Shown here in pieces: positions 59,941 to 64,000 of a DNA stretch of 64,000 nucleotides. The stretch lies in NCBI GenBank assembly GCA_045540335.1, contig JAZQHC010000041.1:986-64985 (forward strand). The letters are read 5' to 3'. A model generated the notes under the pieces. The model was not told where the DNA came from. It worked only from the letters and a program-made list of their open reading frames with translations, and made no database searches. Position numbers and translations under genes: made by a program. How positions within the stretch are numbered: position 1 is the first letter of the stretch; the number at the start of each line of letters is the position of its first letter. The stretch is from Eubacteriales bacterium (GTDB lineage Bacteria > Bacillota > Clostridia > Oscillospirales > CAG-272).

Positions 59941-61437
59941 TTATGCGGAAACGTTTGTTTTTTCTTCTGTTTTTTCAGGCTTTTTAGTATATTTAAGTGC
60001 AAATATTATAACGCCCGCACCAACGATAACAACCGCAATAAGCACGCCTATAAGAATGGGCGTGGGGTTTGCTTCCTTTTCCTTTTCGGGAAGCGTGAAT
60101 ACTGCGGTATAAGTTTTATCCCCGTCAACGGTGGTTATTTCTTGGTCCCACGAAAGAATATAATCGCCGTTTACAGAATCCGCCTTTTTTATCTGCGGTA
60201 CTTCTACCGTTGCGCCGTATTGGTATGTTTTTTCGGAAAGTATATTGCCCGTATCGTCTTTAAAGGTGATCGTGTAAGACAAAGGCTCCCACACGGCGTA
60301 AAGCGTAAGGTCTGCATTGTACTTGTACGCATCCTTCGGCTGATATATTATGTTTCCGCCCTCGCGTATTGCCCAGCCAAGAAATTTATTGCCTGCCTTC
60401 GTGGGTATTTCGTTGCTGATATTAAAGGCTGCGCCGAACATTTTTTCAGCCGCCGCGGGAACGGTATCCCCACCTTTATACGTTATCGTATGATATGCCG
60501 CATCGCCGTATATCATACCTTCAAGATTTACCCATCCGGTTATGCCGTTTACCGTGCATTTGCCGAATGAACCGTCTATGTCGGTTATTTCAATTTGCTG
60601 GCCTTTTTTTACGGAAGCAACAGCCATAGATGAATTGGGCGAACGCAATACGGATTTTCCGCGTTGTACAAGCGTGTAAGTGCCCAATTTTGAAGGGGTG
60701 ATGCCTACAAGCTCGAAATCGTATTTCGTGCCATCGTTTACCTTATATCTCGGCACGCCGTAGCCGACGATATATGTATCGGAAAGGTGATAGCTTTTTC
60801 TTGCAACCTCGCCGCCGTTGGTGCTGTCTGCACCGCCGTCGATGCCGGTGGTATTACCTTCGACCGTATATACTATTCCGTCTTCACAGCCGATAACGAT
60901 ACCTACGTGGTTAGAACGCGACGACGTGCGCGAGCCTTTATAAAATATAATATCGCCGCACATGGGCACGTATCCCGAGGTACGCGTTTTAAAGCCGTTT
61001 TTACCCTCAAACCAATTTACCCAAGAAGCGCAGGAAACATCGCCGCCGGTAACCCTTTGATCTACGTTTGCTGCACGAAGTACCCAGTTTACGAAGGAAG
61101 CGCACCACATATAGCCGTAGCTGTATCCGTTGCCCTCGTCGTTATCAAGCTTGCCGTAAAGGCGGTTAAATTCAACGAAGTTTCTGTCGCCCGAGCTGTT
61201 TCCGTGCATATCGGCGTCGCTGCTGCCCTCGTTATAGCCAACCTGCGTTAACGCAATGGCAACGACGTCGTACCTTTGGTCGCCGGTAAGAACGTAGTCG
61301 CTTACGGTTTTGTAAAAAATACTTGTTTTATAAGGCTCTGAAACCTCGTAATCCTCCAGCTCGACACCGTAAACAAGCGGTGCGAATACCGATATTGAAA
61401 CAAGCACCAAAGCGATGAAAATACTGAATTTTTTCAT
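59941..61437 (-). CDS. CHAP-domain cell wall amidase with SH3-like domain, InlB B-type repeats and C-terminal membrane anchor
   Basis: WCASFVNW, HVGIV, TVEGNT; PTKAGNKFLGW..LYAVW; terminal TM plus Lys. Confidence 0.85.
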   Translation of the reverse strand: MKKFSIFIALVLVSISVFAPLVYGVELEDYEVSEPYKTSIFYKTVSDYVLTGDQRYDVVAIALTQVGYNEGSSDADMHGNSSGDRNFVEFNRLYGKLDNDEGNGYSYGYMWCASFVNWVLRAANVDQRVTGGDVSCASWVNWFEGKNGFKTRTSGYVPMCGDIIFYKGSRTSSRSNHVGIVIGCEDGIVYTVEGNTTGIDGGADSTNGGEVARKSYHLSDTYIVGYGVPRYKVNDGTKYDFELVGITPSKLGTYTLVQRGKSVLRSPNSSMAVASVKKGQQIEITDIDGSFGKCTVNGITGWVNLEGMIYGDAAYHTITYKGGDTVPAAAEKMFGAAFNISNEIPTKAGNKFLGWAIREGGNIIYQPKDAYKYNADLTLYAVWEPLSYTITFKDDTGNILSEKTYQYGATVEVPQIKKADSVNGDYILSWDQEITTVDGDKTYTAVFTLPEKEKEANPTPILIGVLIAVVIVGAGVIIFALKYTKKPEKTEEKTNVSA

Positions 61438-61449
61438 AAACGTACCTCT

Positions 61450-62781
61450 TTATATATTATTATCCTCTATTAAGGAAAATATTTTCATTATCACCCAGCC
61501 GCAGAAAGCAGCCCATATCAAAGTAAAAAGCAACGTAAACAGCCAACATATCTCGTTTTGTATATACACAAAGAAAAGAACGCACGAGACTATGCAAATT
61601 GCCGCAGTTGCCGCCAAACACACAAAGAATACCGTTTTAACCTTTTTTACCGTGTTTTTTTGGCTTCTGTACTGAAAGCTTTCCTTGCTGATAGTTTTAT
61701 CTACGCCGTATTCGTTAAGAAGCTCGCAGAAGATCTTCAAGGAAAGTGCTGCACAAATATAAAGCAACACCGTATCTACACATTGCGCCGCGGCAGACAG
61801 CTTGTACATGAATACTGCCTTTTCGTGTATGGTATAAGACCAGTGGTAGTATTTTGAACAAACGTACGAGGAAAAAGCGTACAGCAACGCACTTACGGGC
61901 ATTAAGACAATACAAAGATTACGCAGCTTTTTTGCGCTTTTCAGGTGCTTTCCCGCAAAGGAAAAGCCTATTGCCATTAAAAAGAAGCATATAAACGTGG
62001 GCGTAATGTCTATCCCTTCAAACAAAACGGGGCAAGCGAAAAGAAACGCGGCGATAAAAAAGCGCGCGGCGTTTTTCATATTACGCCTTAATAAAAGGTT
62101 ATGATCGCATAAAACCTCGTTTTCGTATTTTTCGTAAAGCTTGTTTATAAAATCCCCGTCTTTATTAAGACCGTTTAAATATTTTACGCTGTACGTTAAG
62201 AAATAAAGCCCGATTATAAGCGATATAACGAAGCACGTTGCCGTTATAAGCGTTTTGTAATCATACACGGTAAAGGGCGAAAGGTCGTCCGTCATTTGGT
62301 ATTTGCGGCTTGTCATTACGGTAAGCTCGGGTATGGTGCAAAGCGCGTATCTTGCAATAACGAATACCGCGGTTATAACCGAAAGGTCTGAATAGCCGAC
62401 GTCTGCCCTTTTTGCCCCAAGCCTTGAAGCAAGGTATTGAAGCCCTACAAACAGCGCACCAAGCGCGTAAAAAAGCATTATTCCTTGTAAAACGGCGAAT
62501 ATGAAAACAAACGTCATTACCGTGGTTTCGTCGTTAAACGATATCAGTAACGGTGTAAGCACCGTTTTTACAAGATCTATAAAAAACAGCTTGATAAGCA
62601 TGGAACGGGCAGATGCAATATCTGCATTTAAGTCGTACAATTTACCCGTGCCGTATATCATAAGAAAATAACCGATAAAATCGGGCATTACGTCGAAAAC
62701 GCTTACCGCGGGGATAAATAAAAACGCACAGCCAACGGCAATATACGATAAAGAAAGCTTGCTTTTACGTTTCTTCGCCAT
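61450..62781 (-). CDS. Integral membrane protein with internal duplication
   Basis: About 10 TM; DVMPDFIGYFLMIYG and DITPTFICFFLMAIG half-repeats. Confidence 0.7.
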   Translation of the reverse strand: MAKKRKSKLSLSYIAVGCAFLFIPAVSVFDVMPDFIGYFLMIYGTGKLYDLNADIASARSMLIKLFFIDLVKTVLTPLLISFNDETTVMTFVFIFAVLQGIMLFYALGALFVGLQYLASRLGAKRADVGYSDLSVITAVFVIARYALCTIPELTVMTSRKYQMTDDLSPFTVYDYKTLITATCFVISLIIGLYFLTYSVKYLNGLNKDGDFINKLYEKYENEVLCDHNLLLRRNMKNAARFFIAAFLFACPVLFEGIDITPTFICFFLMAIGFSFAGKHLKSAKKLRNLCIVLMPVSALLYAFSSYVCSKYYHWSYTIHEKAVFMYKLSAAAQCVDTVLLYICAALSLKIFCELLNEYGVDKTISKESFQYRSQKNTVKKVKTVFFVCLAATAAICIVSCVLFFVYIQNEICWLFTLLFTLIWAAFCGWVIMKIFSLIEDNNI

Positions 62782-63355
62782 CGTCGTTTTCCCCCTTTTC
62801 TTCTTCGGGCAGGCCTATCCACATATAGCAGGTAAATATGTGAAACGCTATAACAAGCGTTACCGCTACGAAAAGCAGATATCTTAACGATATCAGCGCA
62901 TCCCACAGGCCAAGGCACGAAACGAGATTAACGGCACAAAAGAACATAGATACCGAAAACAGCGTTTTGCTTCGTTTATTTTCTTTTACAAGCCCCGTGC
63001 TTAACGTTATATCGCAAAGCCCGCCAAGCATGTAAAAATGAAACGCAAAGTAAAACAGCGCGTAAAGCACGAAAACCACCGTTCTTAAAGCTGTATCTAC
63101 CGAAATACCGCCGTACGTCGTAATGCAGTGAAGCACCGTATCCGCAACGGACAGTATCCCAAGGCACGCGGTGCACATACAGGCAGTTTTCATTTTTTGT
63201 ATATATGCAGAAAGCTTTAAGCAGCCGAAAAATGCAACTGCCCACCCAAAAGCGCGGAAGACTTGCATAAAAACAACGGCTATACTGTCAATATAAAGTA
63301 TTCCCGTGTCGAACACGGTAAAAACGTAACCCAAAAAAAGTAATCCGAACCCCAT
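62765..63355 (-). CDS. Integral membrane protein (about 5 TM)
   Basis: MGFGLLFLGY start with AAAGG RBS; overlaps the next gene. Confidence 0.7.
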   Translation of the reverse strand: MGFGLLFLGYVFTVFDTGILYIDSIAVVFMQVFRAFGWAVAFFGCLKLSAYIQKMKTACMCTACLGILSVADTVLHCITTYGGISVDTALRTVVFVLYALFYFAFHFYMLGGLCDITLSTGLVKENKRSKTLFSVSMFFCAVNLVSCLGLWDALISLRYLLFVAVTLVIAFHIFTCYMWIGLPEEEKGENDDGEET

Positions 63356-63432
63356 TTATAAGCCTTTCTTTTGTATAAGGGTATCTTCAAAAATACCGCC
63401 GCAGATTTTCCGATGTATAAAACGAAGCGAAT

Positions 63433-63541
63433 GGGGGGCTTTTCTTCGCGGGCGAAGGCGGGCGGAGTTTAGCGGCTTTAACGGTTTGAAGTGCCGTTTT
63501 TAAACCGCCCGCAGGCGGGGCGGTGCCCCGCAAAGCCCCCC
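63433..63541. repeat. GC-rich multi-stem palindromic element downstream of secA
   Basis: ggggggcttt...aaagcccccc closing stem with internal gcgggcgg/ccgcccgc, gcggggc/gccccgc and ttcgc/gcgaa stems. Confidence 0.6.
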
Positions 63542-63624
63542 TTAAATCAAGCTTATTCGGTATTTTCGTATATTCTCCGAGGGGTGAATATCATCATCGG
63601 AAAAGCGCGCGGTATATTGCGCGT

Positions 63625-64000
63625 TTAATCCTGTACGCCCTCGCTTGCGCCGCAGCATTTTTTATATTTTTTGCCTGATCCGCAGGGGCAAGGGTCGTTT
63701 CTGCCCACCTTTTCCGCAGCTTTTTTAACTACGGGCTTTTTGGGTGCGGCCTTGTCGCCGCCGATATTTTCAATAGAAGCAGACTGCTCTTTAGCAACCT
63801 GTTCGCGTTTTATCTCGCCCCTGGGCATAGCCGTAAGAATAGCCCTTACGGTAGTTTCGCGTATATCATCTACCATTGCGTCAAACGCATCTGCCCCGAT
63901 AAGCTTGTATTCGTTTACGGGGTTTCTTTGTGCGTACGCATTCAAGCCGATACCGCTTTTAAGATCTTGCATGTAGTCGATATGCTCCATCCACAGCTGG
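63625..64000 (-). CDS. secA: Protein translocase SecA, C-terminal part (5' end outside window)
   Basis: WMEHID.M..LK.GIGL.AYAQRNP..EYK and the SEC-C motif [21 protein letters not shown]. Confidence 0.96.
   Translation of the reverse strand, partial: QLWMEHIDYMQDLKSGIGLNAYAQRNPVNEYKLIGADAFDAMVDDIRETTVRAILTAMPRGEIKREQVAKEQSASIENIGGDKAAPKKPVVKKAAEKVGRNDPCPCGSGKKYKKCCGASEGVQD

Noticed and set aside
63433-63541. tRNA or SRP RNA
   Set aside because: No TTC T-loop, anticodon arm, CCA end or SRP domain IV motif.

Overview
Chromosomal window from a spore-forming Clostridia-type (Oscillospirales/Ruminococcaceae-like) bacterium. The taxonomy is inferred from gene content. The window spans the replication origin (dnaA-oriC-dnaN-recF-remB-gyrB-[pfkB-like]-gyrA, minus strand, 41.4-51.3 kb). 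1-10.4 kb is an AT-rich, decaying accessory region. It holds an orphan RHS toxin-immunity cassette bracketed by two copies of a structured non-coding repeat, several pseudogene remnants, Cys/His-repeat lipoproteins and a promoter-to-terminator structured leader RNA. 11-19 kb is a tandem pair of ~1240-aa secreted ricin-lectin/LTD/EEP-phosphoesterase proteins with duplicated promoters. 19-23 kb is MarR plus a heterodimeric ABC exporter. 23-38 kb is a Gram-positive polysaccharide utilisation locus mixing starch enzymes (pullulanase, GH13) with two GH53 galactanases, an unassigned 602-aa putative glycosidase coupled to a Zn-ribbon protein, and a Mal/Gan-type ABC importer. Right of dnaA lie a dockerin-bearing MBL-fold protein in place of the usual rpmH cluster, nadE with an apparently dead glutaminase domain, glyA, an unannotated 50-aa membrane peptide plus spoVM, ytvI, a CHAP amidase, two related membrane proteins and the 3' end of secA. 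No rRNA, tRNA or CRISPR array was seen. All family assignments come from motif recognition by eye, not database searches.
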